Shown here: one piece after another, positions 27,948 to 38,615 of the stretch
How the letters are laid out: each line of letters begins with the position of its first letter
Position numbering within the stretch: position 1 is the first letter of the stretch
Assembly: GCA_930990555.1 (NCBI GenBank)
Contig: CAKNPW010000001.1
Location: 35,007-99,006, forward strand
DNA length: 64,000 nucleotides
DNA from: an uncultured Clostridium sp.
GTDB taxonomy: Bacteria > Bacillota > Clostridia > TANB77 > CAG-508
Direction of reading: 5' to 3'
Translations under genes and position numbers: made by a program
Notes under the pieces: generated by a model
Database searches by the model: none
What the model saw: only the letters and a program-made list of their open reading frames with translations
Told to the model about the DNA's origin: nothing

Positions 27948-28877
27948 TTATGCTTTATTGCTTGATCCAAATACATCTCTTATTTTATGAGCAACTGTTT
28001 CTTCTATTAAATCTCTTCCTTTACCCATATATTTTCTTGGGTCAAATACACTTGGACTTTCTACAAATGTTTCTCTTATTCCAGCTGTCATAGCTAATCT
28101 TAAGTCTGTATCTACATTTATTTTAGATACTCCAGATACACTTGCTTCATGTAATATTTCATCTGGAACTCCTTTGGCTCCTGGTAAGTCTGCTCCATAT
28201 TTATTGCAAATTTCTACTAATTCAGGAATAACTGTTGAAGCACCATGTAATACTATTGGTGTGTTTGGTATTTTTTCTTTAATTTTTGCTAAAATATCAA
28301 ATCTTAATTTTGCTTCACCTTTAAATTTATATGCTCCATGGCTTGTTCCAATTGCTATTGCTAAAGAATCGCATCCTGTTCTTTCTACAAATTCTTTTGC
28401 TTCGTCTGGATCTGTATACATAGCATCTTCTGCTGAAACATTAACATCATCTTCTATTCCTGCAAGCTTTCCAAGTTCAGCTTCTACTACTACACCATGT
28501 GCGTGTGCATAGTCTACAACTTCTTTTGTTAACTTTATATTTGTTTCAAAATCATATTTTGAACCATCAAACATAACTGATGTGTAACCGTTATCTACAC
28601 ACATTTTACATGTTTCAAAATCTGGACCATGGTCTAAATGTAATGCAACTGGAATATCATGTTCTTCTAAACCTGCTTCTATCATCTTCTTTAAATATGG
28701 TACTCTTGCATATTTTATAGCACTTGATGAAGTTTGTAATATGACTGGTGAATTTTCTTTAGCTGCTGCATCCATTATTGCTTGTACAAACTCCATATTA
28801 TTAATATTAAATGCACCTATTGCAAATTTCTCCTTCATAGATTTTTCAAACATATCCTTTGTTGTTACAAATGGCAT
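27948..28877 (-). CDS. fba: Fructose-bisphosphate aldolase, class II
   Basis: 309 aa. VILQTSSSAIKYA and ALHLDHG motifs match the FbaA type. Confidence 0.85.
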   Translation of the reverse strand: MPFVTTKDMFEKSMKEKFAIGAFNINNMEFVQAIMDAAAKENSPVILQTSSSAIKYARVPYLKKMIEAGLEEHDIPVALHLDHGPDFETCKMCVDNGYTSVMFDGSKYDFETNIKLTKEVVDYAHAHGVVVEAELGKLAGIEDDVNVSAEDAMYTDPDEAKEFVERTGCDSLAIAIGTSHGAYKFKGEAKLRFDILAKIKEKIPNTPIVLHGASTVIPELVEICNKYGADLPGAKGVPDEILHEASVSGVSKINVDTDLRLAMTAGIRETFVESPSVFDPRKYMGKGRDLIEETVAHKIRDVFGSSNKA

Positions 28878-28957
28878 AAAAAATCACCTTCCTTAAATTC
28901 ATTTTCTCCCTTATTTTATTTCTTATTCTTTAGAATGTCAAATAAAAAATTATATGA

Positions 28958-29407
28958 TTAATTTCTTTTCTTATATTTTATTTTATTAAAAAAACTTAGT
29001 ATAAAATTTTTAAGTTTAGTATGCCAATTCTGTTCTTCTTTAATTAGTGCTTTATTTTCGCTTGGTTTAATACTAGTAGTTTTCTTAAATATTTTTTCAG
29101 GATTGTATTTTTGTTTTAAGCTTTCTTTTTTTATATCGTTCTCTTTGTATATTGTAATAAGTTCCTGTTGCTCTTCTGATGTAGTCCAATACTTTAAATT
29201 CAAATATGAAATAAAAGCTAATGTATTTTTTGAAATTTGTGATGATATATTTTTAGCTGGATTTATATTAGCATTATAATCAGGAATTCTTTCTTTTTTT
29301 ATGTATTCATAAACATTATTAGGTAATTTTTCTATATATTCATTACCAAGTAAATTTAAAAAACTATATACTTCATTATACATTATATTAAAATTATCTA
29401 CCATCAA
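28958..29407 (-). CDS. Hypothetical protein
   Basis: 149-aa ORF overlapping the upstream ORF by 14 nt. Confidence 0.45.
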   Translation of the reverse strand: MMVDNFNIMYNEVYSFLNLLGNEYIEKLPNNVYEYIKKERIPDYNANINPAKNISSQISKNTLAFISYLNLKYWTTSEEQQELITIYKENDIKKESLKQKYNPEKIFKKTTSIKPSENKALIKEEQNWHTKLKNFILSFFNKIKYKKRN

Positions 29408-30392
29408 ATTCTTCCCCTATTTTTTTTACTTTATCTTGAATCTTTGTTTTAATTTTTTGAACTATTTTTTTTATTTCTGAAAAGCCTAATTGTTTCTTTG
29501 ATTCTTCTATTACTTCTGCCAACAACTTTTTAGAATTACTTTGATCTTTTTTATTTATACTATGTTTTGCATCTATATATCTTGAATTTTCTACATATTT
29601 AGCCATAGTATTGTCATTGGCATCAACTGTTATATATCCTTTTATATATTTAGGATTTAACCATAAACCATCTTTTTTTATAATAATATCATCTTTTTCT
29701 TCTTGTAAATCTTTTTTAGGTATTGCAATAATAGATATATCAACAAATTGATTTCCCATATAGTTTTTATAATTTCCACCAGTAGCAATCATTTGCATTA
29801 GCATACCTACATGATTTTCTGAAAATGTTATATTTTCTTCTAATTTCGAATAAATATCTGTATATTGGCTAGAATCTACGCCAGAAGATATATGACCTGT
29901 TAACATTAAGCCTGTTTCATTTATGCGTTCACCTACACCTTTTCCTCCTGTCCTATGTATTCCAATGGCTAATGTATCATCATTACATAAATCTAAAATT
30001 TGGCACATAATATCAGACTGTTGTGCTACATTTTCTTTTCTATTTAATTCTACTAATTGACAAATATCAAAAGCATTTATTTTTCCAGCTTTATATAATG
30101 GTTCTAATTTTTTCCCAAAGCGTTCACCATACACACTGCTTAAATATCGTAACCCTTCATCTTCAATTAGTTTCATATAACACTTTTTTTCTTCATCAAA
30201 ATGATATAATTCTAAAAAACCATCAAACGCATTTTCTAGAAAACTTTCTTGTAATTTATTTTTATTTATAAAGTCTAGAAATGAATCTATATCGCCATTT
30301 TTATATGCCATACGAAATGCTGGTACCAATTGACCAGTTTCAGCAACAATATCTTCAATATATTTTGGGCTTTTTAGTTCTTGTTTTTTCAT
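29394..30392 (-). CDS. Hypothetical protein (no recognised domain; IHRTGGKG...TGHISSGVDSS region)
   Basis: 332-aa ORF with a plausible promoter region upstream. Confidence 0.5.
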   Translation of the reverse strand: MKKQELKSPKYIEDIVAETGQLVPAFRMAYKNGDIDSFLDFINKNKLQESFLENAFDGFLELYHFDEEKKCYMKLIEDEGLRYLSSVYGERFGKKLEPLYKAGKINAFDICQLVELNRKENVAQQSDIMCQILDLCNDDTLAIGIHRTGGKGVGERINETGLMLTGHISSGVDSSQYTDIYSKLEENITFSENHVGMLMQMIATGGNYKNYMGNQFVDISIIAIPKKDLQEEKDDIIIKKDGLWLNPKYIKGYITVDANDNTMAKYVENSRYIDAKHSINKKDQSNSKKLLAEVIEESKKQLGFSEIKKIVQKIKTKIQDKVKKIGEEFDGR

Positions 30393-30529
30393 TACTTCTC
30401 CTTTGCAACTTATGTTATAATAATTCTATAACATATTTAACTTTTATTTTTACTTTTTATTATAATTTTACACTAATTTTTTTATTTATGCAAAAGTTTT
30501 TAATACATATAATATAATTAAATTTATTA

Positions 30530-30567
30530 GACTAAAAGCGCTATTCATTCTGATAGTGCTTTTAGTC
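30530..30567. terminator. Strong hairpin overlapping the 3' end of the Spo0E-like gene
   Basis: GACTAAAAGCGCTAT ... ATAGTGCTTTTAGTC. Confidence 0.5.
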
Positions 30568-30720
30568 TTTATTACCTGTCGCCATAATTTCCTTCATTGC
30601 GATATTTATGTATTTGTCTAACTTTTGGCTTTGTTTGACTATTTCATTATAGTCTTCATTGTCTAAAATCATTTGTTCAAGTTTCGCTCTATGCTTTTTT
30701 ATTGCTAAAGTAACATCCAT
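30562..30720 (-). CDS. Spo0E-like sporulation regulatory protein (not in the ORF track)
   Basis: 52 aa, MDVTLAIKKHRAKLEQMILDNEDYNEIVKQSQKLDKYINIAMKEIMATGNKD. Helical hairpin pattern as in Spo0E/YnzD/YisI. Confidence 0.5.
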   Translation of the reverse strand: MDVTLAIKKHRAKLEQMILDNEDYNEIVKQSQKLDKYINIAMKEIMATGNKD

Positions 30721-30820
30721 ATCGCATCCCTCCTATATACAAATTATAGCATATAGTGTCGATATTTTTTGTCGAAACTTGTCGCCAAATTAAATTTTTT
30801 TTATTTTTTTCATGTTTAAG

Positions 30821-32296
30821 TTAATTTTTTTCAAATAGTGAAATTATAAATGTATCTCCACTAAATGGATGATAGTATTTTTCCTTATCTTTTATAACTG
30901 TAGTTCCGTCCATTTCGTTTATATAATCATACATATTAGTGTCTCCTGCATCTATTACCCAAATTCTACCTGTGTAATTTTCTATCTCTTCTAAATTGTT
31001 CACAACCTTCATTTGTGGTGCAAATGCTCCATATGCTTTTTCTACAGTCCAATTGTCTTTATTGTAAAAATATTGTTTATTCTCGTCAAAATTTATTGCA
31101 ACAGAACTACTAGGTCCAATTGTTGTATAAACAAATATATCTTCTGGTTCAACTTCTGCTTGAATGTCCTCCATAGGCTTGCTATTTTCTTCTGAATATG
31201 ATTTATTCCATAAAGTAATCCCATTCCATATTGTTAATCCAATTAAACCAATGATAACTATTATTTTTATTAGTCGACTTTTTTCAACAGATAATATATA
31301 TGCAAAAGCAAATATAAATAATCCCAACATTGGTAACATATATCTTGGTATAAATACTGCTCTTATAAATGATATTAATAGTGTTACAAGTATTACAAGA
31401 CCACAAGTTGTTAATGCTATTGTAACTGGTCTTATTTTTTTCTTATCTTCTAGATATAATTTATGTACTCTTAAAATCATATACACTACTATAAATAATC
31501 CAAATATAGCAGGCAATCCAGAATTTATACTATCTAAGAAGAAAAATTCTATAATTTGAGTTATAATATCTGGATAATTTACGCTAATCCAAAATCCTCC
31601 AGCAACTCTTGTTGATTGTAATAAAAATATTACTGCCCCTGGTAAGTAGCAAATAATTTGTATTGCACCATATATGAACCATCTTTTTAAAAGTTCTTTC
31701 TTTTCTCTTACAATAAAAAATAGTAGTAAGATATTTATAATTCCTATAGTAAATAATGCAAAATAATGTGTATATGCACTACATATGCTTGCTATTGCAA
31801 ATATTATCCAGTCCTTTTTATTATTATTTTTATATGCTAAATATGCGTATACTGCTGTAATTGTTACAAATAACATGCTTAGGCTGTACATTCTTATTTG
31901 TGAACCATAATGCATTGTAACAGGCAATAACAATAATATTAAATTAAAATAAAAACTTACTTTATCACCAAATTCTTTTCGTATTTTTACAAATGAAAAT
32001 ATTGCTAACAAAACAATAGGAATTACAGAAAATATTCTTAGTGCTATAACACTAGTTCCACAAATTAAAGAATATATCTTTAATAATATGTAATATAAAA
32101 TAGGATGTACATCATTTATTGTTGAAATAAATAAGTTTCCCCAAGGTTGTCTTGCAATTCCTACTGAATATGCTTCATCAAACCATAAGCTATTATTAAA
32201 ACATAGTAAAAGAGGGGCTATTGCTATTAACACAATAAGCCCTATATTTATTTTATTTAAATGTTTCTCTATAAAATTTTTCATTGTCTTCTCCAA
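30821..32296 (-). CDS. GT-C fold membrane glycosyltransferase (ArnT/PMT-like, GT39/83-like)
   Basis: 491 aa, about 11 TM segments, FDEAYS motif in the first extracytoplasmic loop, C-terminal soluble domain. Confidence 0.55.
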   Translation of the reverse strand: MEKTMKNFIEKHLNKINIGLIVLIAIAPLLLCFNNSLWFDEAYSVGIARQPWGNLFISTINDVHPILYYILLKIYSLICGTSVIALRIFSVIPIVLLAIFSFVKIRKEFGDKVSFYFNLILLLLPVTMHYGSQIRMYSLSMLFVTITAVYAYLAYKNNNKKDWIIFAIASICSAYTHYFALFTIGIINILLLFFIVREKKELLKRWFIYGAIQIICYLPGAVIFLLQSTRVAGGFWISVNYPDIITQIIEFFFLDSINSGLPAIFGLFIVVYMILRVHKLYLEDKKKIRPVTIALTTCGLVILVTLLISFIRAVFIPRYMLPMLGLFIFAFAYILSVEKSRLIKIIVIIGLIGLTIWNGITLWNKSYSEENSKPMEDIQAEVEPEDIFVYTTIGPSSSVAINFDENKQYFYNKDNWTVEKAYGAFAPQMKVVNNLEEIENYTGRIWVIDAGDTNMYDYINEMDGTTVIKDKEKYYHPFSGDTFIISLFEKN

Positions 32297-32297
32297 T

Positions 32298-33317
32298 CTA
32301 TTCTACATTAGTTTCAACTTGTATATTAGAACCATCACTTGTAACAAGTATATTTCCGTCTTCATCTGTTCTGTATACTTTTGCACCTATAGAATTTAGT
32401 TTGTCTATTGTTTCTTGATTTGGTAGATTATATGAATTATCTTTTCCTACTTGTATAATTGCGATAGATGGCATTACTTGATATATAAAGCTCTGTGTAG
32501 AAGATGTTTTTGACCCATGATGTCCCACTTTTAAAACATCAGCTGGTTGCCAATTTCTAGCTTCTTCCACTTCTGCCTCTGCATCGCCCATAAACAAGAA
32601 ACTATTTCCGCCATATGTCATTCTAATAACAATAGAAGACAAATTCAAATTATCTTCCGTATCTTGTGTATCAGTTGCCATTATAGTACAATTTGCATCT
32701 GTTAAAGTGAATGTATTACCAACAACTGGTGTTGTAATTTGTAAGTTCTTATTTGTTATACTATTTAATACATCTTCAAATGTCTTAGTTGTAGTTTGCA
32801 TTTTAGGCATGTAAATTGTGCCTATATCGAAATTGTCTATTACATCATCTAATCCACCAATATGATCTTCATGTGGATGAGTTCCAATTAGATAATCAAT
32901 TCTAGTAATTCCTTTATTTTTTAAGAAATTTACTACATTTTCTCCCTCTTCGTTTGTTCCAGCATCAATTAACATTGTTTTATCTTTGTCCATAACTAAA
33001 ATACTGTCTGCTTGTCCAACATCCAAATAATAAACTCTAAGATTTCCATTTGTTACTGCTTCGGTTTCTATTGTATTTGTTTGTTTTATTTCATTTACTA
33101 CAATATCATTCTGGATTTGATTTCCTAATGCATTTCGTATAAAACTATCATAATCATGTGTTTCCCAATAAGATTTTCCTAATAGTAGTAAAACAATAAA
33201 AATTATAAGAGATACTAATCTACTAAGCCATGTTCTTATCTTATAACCTTTTGTCTTTCTTCCTAATTTAGATTTTTCCCAAAGGCTAAGATTTTCTTTA
33301 TCGTTCTTTTTTTCCAT
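32298..33317 (-). CDS. MBL-fold metallo-hydrolase, ComEC C-terminal-domain-like, membrane-anchored
   Basis: N-terminal TM. YYLDVGQADSILV, HPHEDHIGG and VGHHGS motifs. Confidence 0.7.
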   Translation of the reverse strand: MEKKNDKENLSLWEKSKLGRKTKGYKIRTWLSRLVSLIIFIVLLLLGKSYWETHDYDSFIRNALGNQIQNDIVVNEIKQTNTIETEAVTNGNLRVYYLDVGQADSILVMDKDKTMLIDAGTNEEGENVVNFLKNKGITRIDYLIGTHPHEDHIGGLDDVIDNFDIGTIYMPKMQTTTKTFEDVLNSITNKNLQITTPVVGNTFTLTDANCTIMATDTQDTEDNLNLSSIVIRMTYGGNSFLFMGDAEAEVEEARNWQPADVLKVGHHGSKTSSTQSFIYQVMPSIAIIQVGKDNSYNLPNQETIDKLNSIGAKVYRTDEDGNILVTSDGSNIQVETNVE

Positions 33318-33344
33318 AATATTTACTCCATTCTTTCTTTTGTT

Positions 33345-33659
33345 TTATTTCCATAACTTATTCATTTTATCTTTTATTCTATTTTCTACTTTTATCTGTT
33401 CTTCTAAATCTATTTCATATTTATCATTATTAAGTTTTAAAATCGTTCCTTCTTTTACCTCTTGTGGTAACTCATCTTTATTAACATTAAACATTTCTCC
33501 TGTATCTCTATTTTCTAAAACTGCTATATTACCTTCAAACCTATCAACTGTAAATTTATTTTCCATCTCTTCTAATTTATTTGTAAGCTCCCTCTGAAAT
33601 TGTTCTATGTCAATTTCATTTTGCCCCCTACTAATATTATTTAATAGGTCTATATTCAA
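33345..33659 (-). CDS. DUF3006 family protein
   Basis: 104 aa. FTVDRFEGNIAVLE...LPQEVKEGTIL pattern. DUF3006 genes commonly sit next to ComEC-like MBL hydrolases. Confidence 0.5.
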   Translation of the reverse strand: MNIDLLNNISRGQNEIDIEQFQRELTNKLEEMENKFTVDRFEGNIAVLENRDTGEMFNVNKDELPQEVKEGTILKLNNDKYEIDLEEQIKVENRIKDKMNKLWK

Positions 33660-33686
33660 ATAAATTTTCCTCCTTTTAATTAATTA

Positions 33687-35270
33687 TTATTTTCCTTTCA
33701 TTTGTTCTTTTATATAATTTACTTCTTCTTCCATATCTAATCTTACAAATAAAGGTTCACCTTTTTCTATTACTTTTGTATTATTAGGTATTTTATCGTA
33801 TTTATATAAACTATCCCAAGTTTGTAAATTTTCATCTGTTAATCCTAATTGTTTAAATATATTATTGGAAGTATTTCCCATAAATGGACTTATTAATATT
33901 GCAATTTTTCTTAAGTTTTCACATAAATGATACATTACTGATTTTAATTTCTCTTGTTTTTCTTCTTTAGCAAGTAACCATGGTTCTGTTTCATCTATAT
34001 ATTTATTAGTTCTAGAAATTAAATTCCAAATTTCTTCCAATGCATCACATAAATGTAAATTTTCCATTTTTTCTTCTACAACTTTTATTTTAGAAATAGC
34101 ATATTCTTCTAATTCTTTATCTGGATCATTTACTTGTCCATTATATTCTGAGAGCTCCCCACCAAAATATTTATTTACCATTCCTATTGTTCTATTTAAT
34201 AAATTTCCTAAATCATTACATAAGTCATAATTAAATCTTTCTACAAAACCTTCTGGTGAAAATACAGCATCTTGTCCATATGGAAATTCTCTTAATAAGA
34301 AATATTTTGTAGCATCTAAACCATATCTATCTACTAACATTTCTGGGTATACTACATTTCCTTTAGATTTTGACATCTTTCCATCTTTCATTGTTATAAA
34401 TCCATGTGCATATATTTTTTTAGGAAGTGGTAAATCTAGTGCCATTAAGAATATTGGCCAATATATTCCATGAAATCTTATTATATCTTTTCCAACAACT
34501 TGTAAATCTGCTGGCCAGTATTTTTTAAATAAAGTATCATCATCTGATTCATACCCTAATGCTGTAATATAGTTTGTTAATGCATCAAGCCATACATAAA
34601 CAACATGTTTTGGATCACTTTTAACTTGAACTCCCCAATCAAATGTAGAACGAGTTACGCATAAATCTTCTAATCCTGGTTTTATGAAATTATTAAATAA
34701 TTCATTTTTTCTGTATTCTGGTTCTATAAAATGAGGATTTTCTTCATAAAATTTGATTAATCTATCAGCATATTTCTTCATATTAAAAAAATATGCTTCT
34801 TCCTTCATTTTTCTTACATCTCTACCACAATCTGGGCATTTTCCATCTACTAATTGTGTTTCTGTAAAATATGTTTCACATGGTACACAATACCATCCTT
34901 CGTATTCACCTTTGTAGATGTCTCCTTGTTTTAAAAGTCTTTCGAATATTTCCTCTACAACTTTTGTATGACGTTCATCTGTTGTTCTTATAAAATCGTC
35001 ATATTCTATATTCATTTTTTTCCATAAGCCTTTAGCATATTCTGCCATTCCATCTACATATTCTTGTGGAGTTTTATTTTGCTCTTGTGCAAGTGTTCCA
35101 ATCTTTTGACCATGTTCATCTAGTCCTGTTAAAAAATAGGTATCATATCCACGTTTTTCTTTATATTTTTTCATTGTATTTGCAAATATAGTTGTATAAG
35201 TGTTACCAATATGAAATTTACCACTTGGGTAATAAATTGGTGTTGTTACGTAATATGTTTTTTTATCCAT
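33687..35270 (-). CDS. metG: Methionine--tRNA ligase (short form, no C-terminal tRNA-binding domain)
   Basis: HIGN (HIGH) motif, KMSKSKGN motif, zinc knuckle CVPCETYF...CPDCG. Confidence 0.85.
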   Translation of the reverse strand: MDKKTYYVTTPIYYPSGKFHIGNTYTTIFANTMKKYKEKRGYDTYFLTGLDEHGQKIGTLAQEQNKTPQEYVDGMAEYAKGLWKKMNIEYDDFIRTTDERHTKVVEEIFERLLKQGDIYKGEYEGWYCVPCETYFTETQLVDGKCPDCGRDVRKMKEEAYFFNMKKYADRLIKFYEENPHFIEPEYRKNELFNNFIKPGLEDLCVTRSTFDWGVQVKSDPKHVVYVWLDALTNYITALGYESDDDTLFKKYWPADLQVVGKDIIRFHGIYWPIFLMALDLPLPKKIYAHGFITMKDGKMSKSKGNVVYPEMLVDRYGLDATKYFLLREFPYGQDAVFSPEGFVERFNYDLCNDLGNLLNRTIGMVNKYFGGELSEYNGQVNDPDKELEEYAISKIKVVEEKMENLHLCDALEEIWNLISRTNKYIDETEPWLLAKEEKQEKLKSVMYHLCENLRKIAILISPFMGNTSNNIFKQLGLTDENLQTWDSLYKYDKIPNNTKVIEKGEPLFVRLDMEEEVNYIKEQMKGK

Positions 35271-35296
35271 CTACATCATCTTCCTTCTATTTATTT

Positions 35297-36661
35297 TTAG
35301 CTTAATCTTTGTTCTATCAATTCTGCTATAGATTTAGCTTTTTCTGTTATGTACTCTTGATCTGTTCCTTCTATCATAACTCTTACTAGTGGCTCTGTTC
35401 CAGATGCTCTTATTAATACTCTTCCGTTTCCTTCAAATTCTTTTTCTACTGTTTCTATAGTATTTCTGATAACTGCATCTTTATCAAAATCATATTTTTT
35501 TTCATTAGAAACTTTAGCACCAACTAGTACTTGAGGATAAATCTTTATTATTTCTTCTAGTTTACTTGCCTTTTCTGCTTTTTCTAGCATTATAGATATA
35601 AACATTAATGATGTTAAAATTCCATCTCCTGTAGGATTATAATCTAAGAATATAATATGTCCAGATTGTTCTCCTCCTAAGTTGTATCCGCCTTTTTTCA
35701 TTTCTTCTAATACATATCTATCTCCTACTTTTGTTCTAATAAAGTTAAGTTTGTTTTCTTTAGCATATATATCTAATCCTAAATTACTCATAACTGTTGC
35801 AACTAATGTATCTTTCTTTAATGTTCCTTTTTCTTTCATGTAACTAGAAACTATTGCCAATATTTTGTCACCGTCTATTACTTCTCCTTTTTCATCAACT
35901 AATAGACATCTATCTCCATCACCATCATAAGCAATACCTAAATCATAATCATTTTCTACAACATATTTTTGAAGCATTTCTAAGTGTGTTGAACCACAGT
36001 CTTTATTAATATTTATTCCATTTGGTGTATTATTTATAATTTTATGGTTTATTTTTAATTTAGAAAAAACTTTTTCTGCAACTTCATATGTTGCACCATT
36101 CGCTGTGTCTATTACTACTTTAAAATCATCTCTATTATATTTTTCTATGATTTCTTCAAAGTTCTTTCTAAAGAAATATACATATTCATCTACTAATTCT
36201 TCAGCATTTTCTGATATTCCAATTTTATCATTACAAGCTGTAAGTTCTTCTAATTTTCCAGAATCCATAACTTCTTCTATTTCTTCTTCTATGTCATCTG
36301 GTATTTTAGTTCCTTCATTACTAAAGTATTTTACCCCATTAAACTCATAAGTATTATGAGAAGCAGAAATTACAACACTTGCATCAGCCTTTAATTTTTT
36401 TGTTAAGTACGCTACTGCTGGTGTTGGCAAAACACCTAATTGTTTTACATTTGCTCCATAACTTAAAAATCCTGCTGTCATTGCACTCTCTATTAAAGTT
36501 CCTGAAATTCTAGTATCTCTGCCTATTAAAATTGTTGGACTATGGTCGGAATGTTTAGCCAAAACATATGCGCCTGCCTTTGCAACTTTATATACTAACT
36601 CTGGTGTTAGTTCTGTGTTTGCAATTCTTCTAATTCCATCTGTTCCAAAATATTTTCTCAT
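35297..36661 (-). CDS. glmM: Phosphoglucosamine mutase
   Basis: FGTDGIRR N-terminus; active-site ISASHNTYEFNGVKYF. Confidence 0.85.
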   Translation of the reverse strand: MRKYFGTDGIRRIANTELTPELVYKVAKAGAYVLAKHSDHSPTILIGRDTRISGTLIESAMTAGFLSYGANVKQLGVLPTPAVAYLTKKLKADASVVISASHNTYEFNGVKYFSNEGTKIPDDIEEEIEEVMDSGKLEELTACNDKIGISENAEELVDEYVYFFRKNFEEIIEKYNRDDFKVVIDTANGATYEVAEKVFSKLKINHKIINNTPNGININKDCGSTHLEMLQKYVVENDYDLGIAYDGDGDRCLLVDEKGEVIDGDKILAIVSSYMKEKGTLKKDTLVATVMSNLGLDIYAKENKLNFIRTKVGDRYVLEEMKKGGYNLGGEQSGHIIFLDYNPTGDGILTSLMFISIMLEKAEKASKLEEIIKIYPQVLVGAKVSNEKKYDFDKDAVIRNTIETVEKEFEGNGRVLIRASGTEPLVRVMIEGTDQEYITEKAKSIAELIEQRLS

Positions 36662-36683
36662 TTTATCTTCCTCCTACAATTCA

Positions 36684-36720
36684 TATAGGGATTTTGGGGA
36701 CGTTCCTTAAAATCCCTATA
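36684..36720. repeat. Family-A repeat, copy A6 (perfect 12-bp-stem hairpin)
   Basis: tatagggattttggggacgttccttaaaatccctata, about 20 nt upstream of the glmM start. Confidence 0.75.
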
Positions 36721-36780
36721 AATTTTATTTAATCTATAATAGATATAATAGAAAAAACCGCTTTAAATTCTTACTTTTGC

Positions 36781-36816
36781 GTAGGGAAAAGAAACACCGT
36801 CCCCAAATCCCTACAT
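36781..36816. repeat. Family-A repeat, copy A7 (contains the argS stop codon)
   Basis: gtagggaaaagaaacaccgtccccaaatccctacat. Confidence 0.65.
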
Positions 36817-38517
36817 TCTATCTGGCATTTCTATACCTAATAAACCTGTACCTATTTTTAATACATTTCCAACCATATATGTTAAACATAATCTTGCATT
36901 TTTTATTTTTTCATCATCTACAATTATCTTATTATCATTGTAAAAACTACTATATAATTTAGCAATATCAATTAAATAACGTGATAAAATTGATGGTTCA
37001 TTTTTATCTACAGCTTGTTTTAAAATTTCTTCAAACATATAAATTTGTTTTACTAGTTCTATTCCATGTTCTTCTAATTCTGAAATATCAACTATTTTTT
37101 TATTCATTTTATACTTTTCTTTTTCTAATATACTTTTAGTTCTTACATACATATATTGAATATATGGACCTGTTTCCCCTTGAAAATTAAGCATAATGTC
37201 CCAATCAAAAACTTCGTCTTTAATAATATTATTAGATAGATCATTAAATATTACGGCTCCAATACCAACTTTTTTAACAATATCGTCTTTTCCTTCTATA
37301 TTCGGATTCTTTTCTTCTATTATTGCTTTTGCTCTTGTTACTGCTTCTTTTAAAATATCTTCTAATTTTATTAAAGTTCCATCCCTGGTAGACATTTTAC
37401 CAGTTTTTAACCTTACCATTCCATATGGTACATGAATTAAACCATTTGTATATTTTTCGTCCAAATCAAGGAATTTTGCGACTTCAAATACTTGTTTAAA
37501 ATGTAGATTTTGTTCGTATGCAACTACATAAATACATTTGTCAAAATCATATGTTCTTGCTCTATACAAAATAGCTGCTAAATCACGAGTTGCATATGTA
37601 GTGGAACCATTTGATTTTGTCACCATTAGTGGTGGCATATTTTTATATTCTAAGTCTACTATTTCTGCTCCTTGTGATTCTACTAATTTATTATTTTTTC
37701 TTAAAATATCTACTACTTCTTGCATTTTGTCTGAATAAAAAGATTCTCCATTATTTGAATCAAAGTGCACATTAAGAATGTCATATATTCTTTGGAATTC
37801 TCTTAAGCTTAAATCTTTAAATTTTTGCCATATTTTCGTACAATATTCGTCTCCATCTTCTAATTTTTTAAAATTATTTCTACAATCATCTAATACAGAT
37901 TCGTCTTCTTTACATAGTTCATTAATTCTTACATATATTTCTGTAAGTTTATCGATTGGATTTTCTTCTAAATTGTATTCATTTCCAAACCTTTTATAAC
38001 CTTCTATTAATTTACCAAATTGTGTACCCCAATCGCCTAAATGATTTATTCCAATAGTATTATACCCAAGAAACTTATATATATTATACAAAGCTCTTCC
38101 TATTACAGTTGTTCTTAAATGACCAACGTGAAATGGTTTTGCAATATTAGGTGAAGAATATTCTACTATTATGTTTTTACCGTTTCCTAGATTTGATGAA
38201 CCATATTTTTCTTTTTTACTTTCCATCTCATCTAATACATTTTCTATTAGCATTTCATTATTTATAAATATATTTAGAAAACCGTTTACTGCTTCTATTT
38301 TAGAAATATATTCATTTGGCATATCTATTTTTTCTTTTATTTCATTTGCAATTATTACTGGAGATTTTTTCATTTCTTTTGCAAGTTTAAAGCATGGAAG
38401 TGCATAATCTCCCATTTTAGTATCTTTTGGTATTTCTATAAATTCTTTTATATCTTCTTTTGTAAGATCCAATTTTTTACTAATTTCTTCTGCAATTTTG
38501 TCTTTAAAATCTATCAT
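36811..38517 (-). CDS. argS: Arginine--tRNA ligase
   Basis: 568 aa. HIGH-region PFHVGHLR, anticodon-binding C-terminus, typical length. Confidence 0.85.
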   Translation of the reverse strand: MIDFKDKIAEEISKKLDLTKEDIKEFIEIPKDTKMGDYALPCFKLAKEMKKSPVIIANEIKEKIDMPNEYISKIEAVNGFLNIFINNEMLIENVLDEMESKKEKYGSSNLGNGKNIIVEYSSPNIAKPFHVGHLRTTVIGRALYNIYKFLGYNTIGINHLGDWGTQFGKLIEGYKRFGNEYNLEENPIDKLTEIYVRINELCKEDESVLDDCRNNFKKLEDGDEYCTKIWQKFKDLSLREFQRIYDILNVHFDSNNGESFYSDKMQEVVDILRKNNKLVESQGAEIVDLEYKNMPPLMVTKSNGSTTYATRDLAAILYRARTYDFDKCIYVVAYEQNLHFKQVFEVAKFLDLDEKYTNGLIHVPYGMVRLKTGKMSTRDGTLIKLEDILKEAVTRAKAIIEEKNPNIEGKDDIVKKVGIGAVIFNDLSNNIIKDEVFDWDIMLNFQGETGPYIQYMYVRTKSILEKEKYKMNKKIVDISELEEHGIELVKQIYMFEEILKQAVDKNEPSILSRYLIDIAKLYSSFYNDNKIIVDDEKIKNARLCLTYMVGNVLKIGTGLLGIEMPDRM

Positions 38518-38585
38518 AAAATTCTCCTTATCCTATCCTATTTTCCGTGATTATTATATACTAAATATATGTATATTGCAACAAA

Positions 38586-38615
38586 AAAGCAGTAGATATT
38601 GTTTACTGCTTTTAA
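38586..38615 (-). terminator. Intrinsic terminator downstream of the plsC-like gene
   Basis: AGCAGTA/TACTGCT stem with A/T runs on both sides. Confidence 0.5.
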
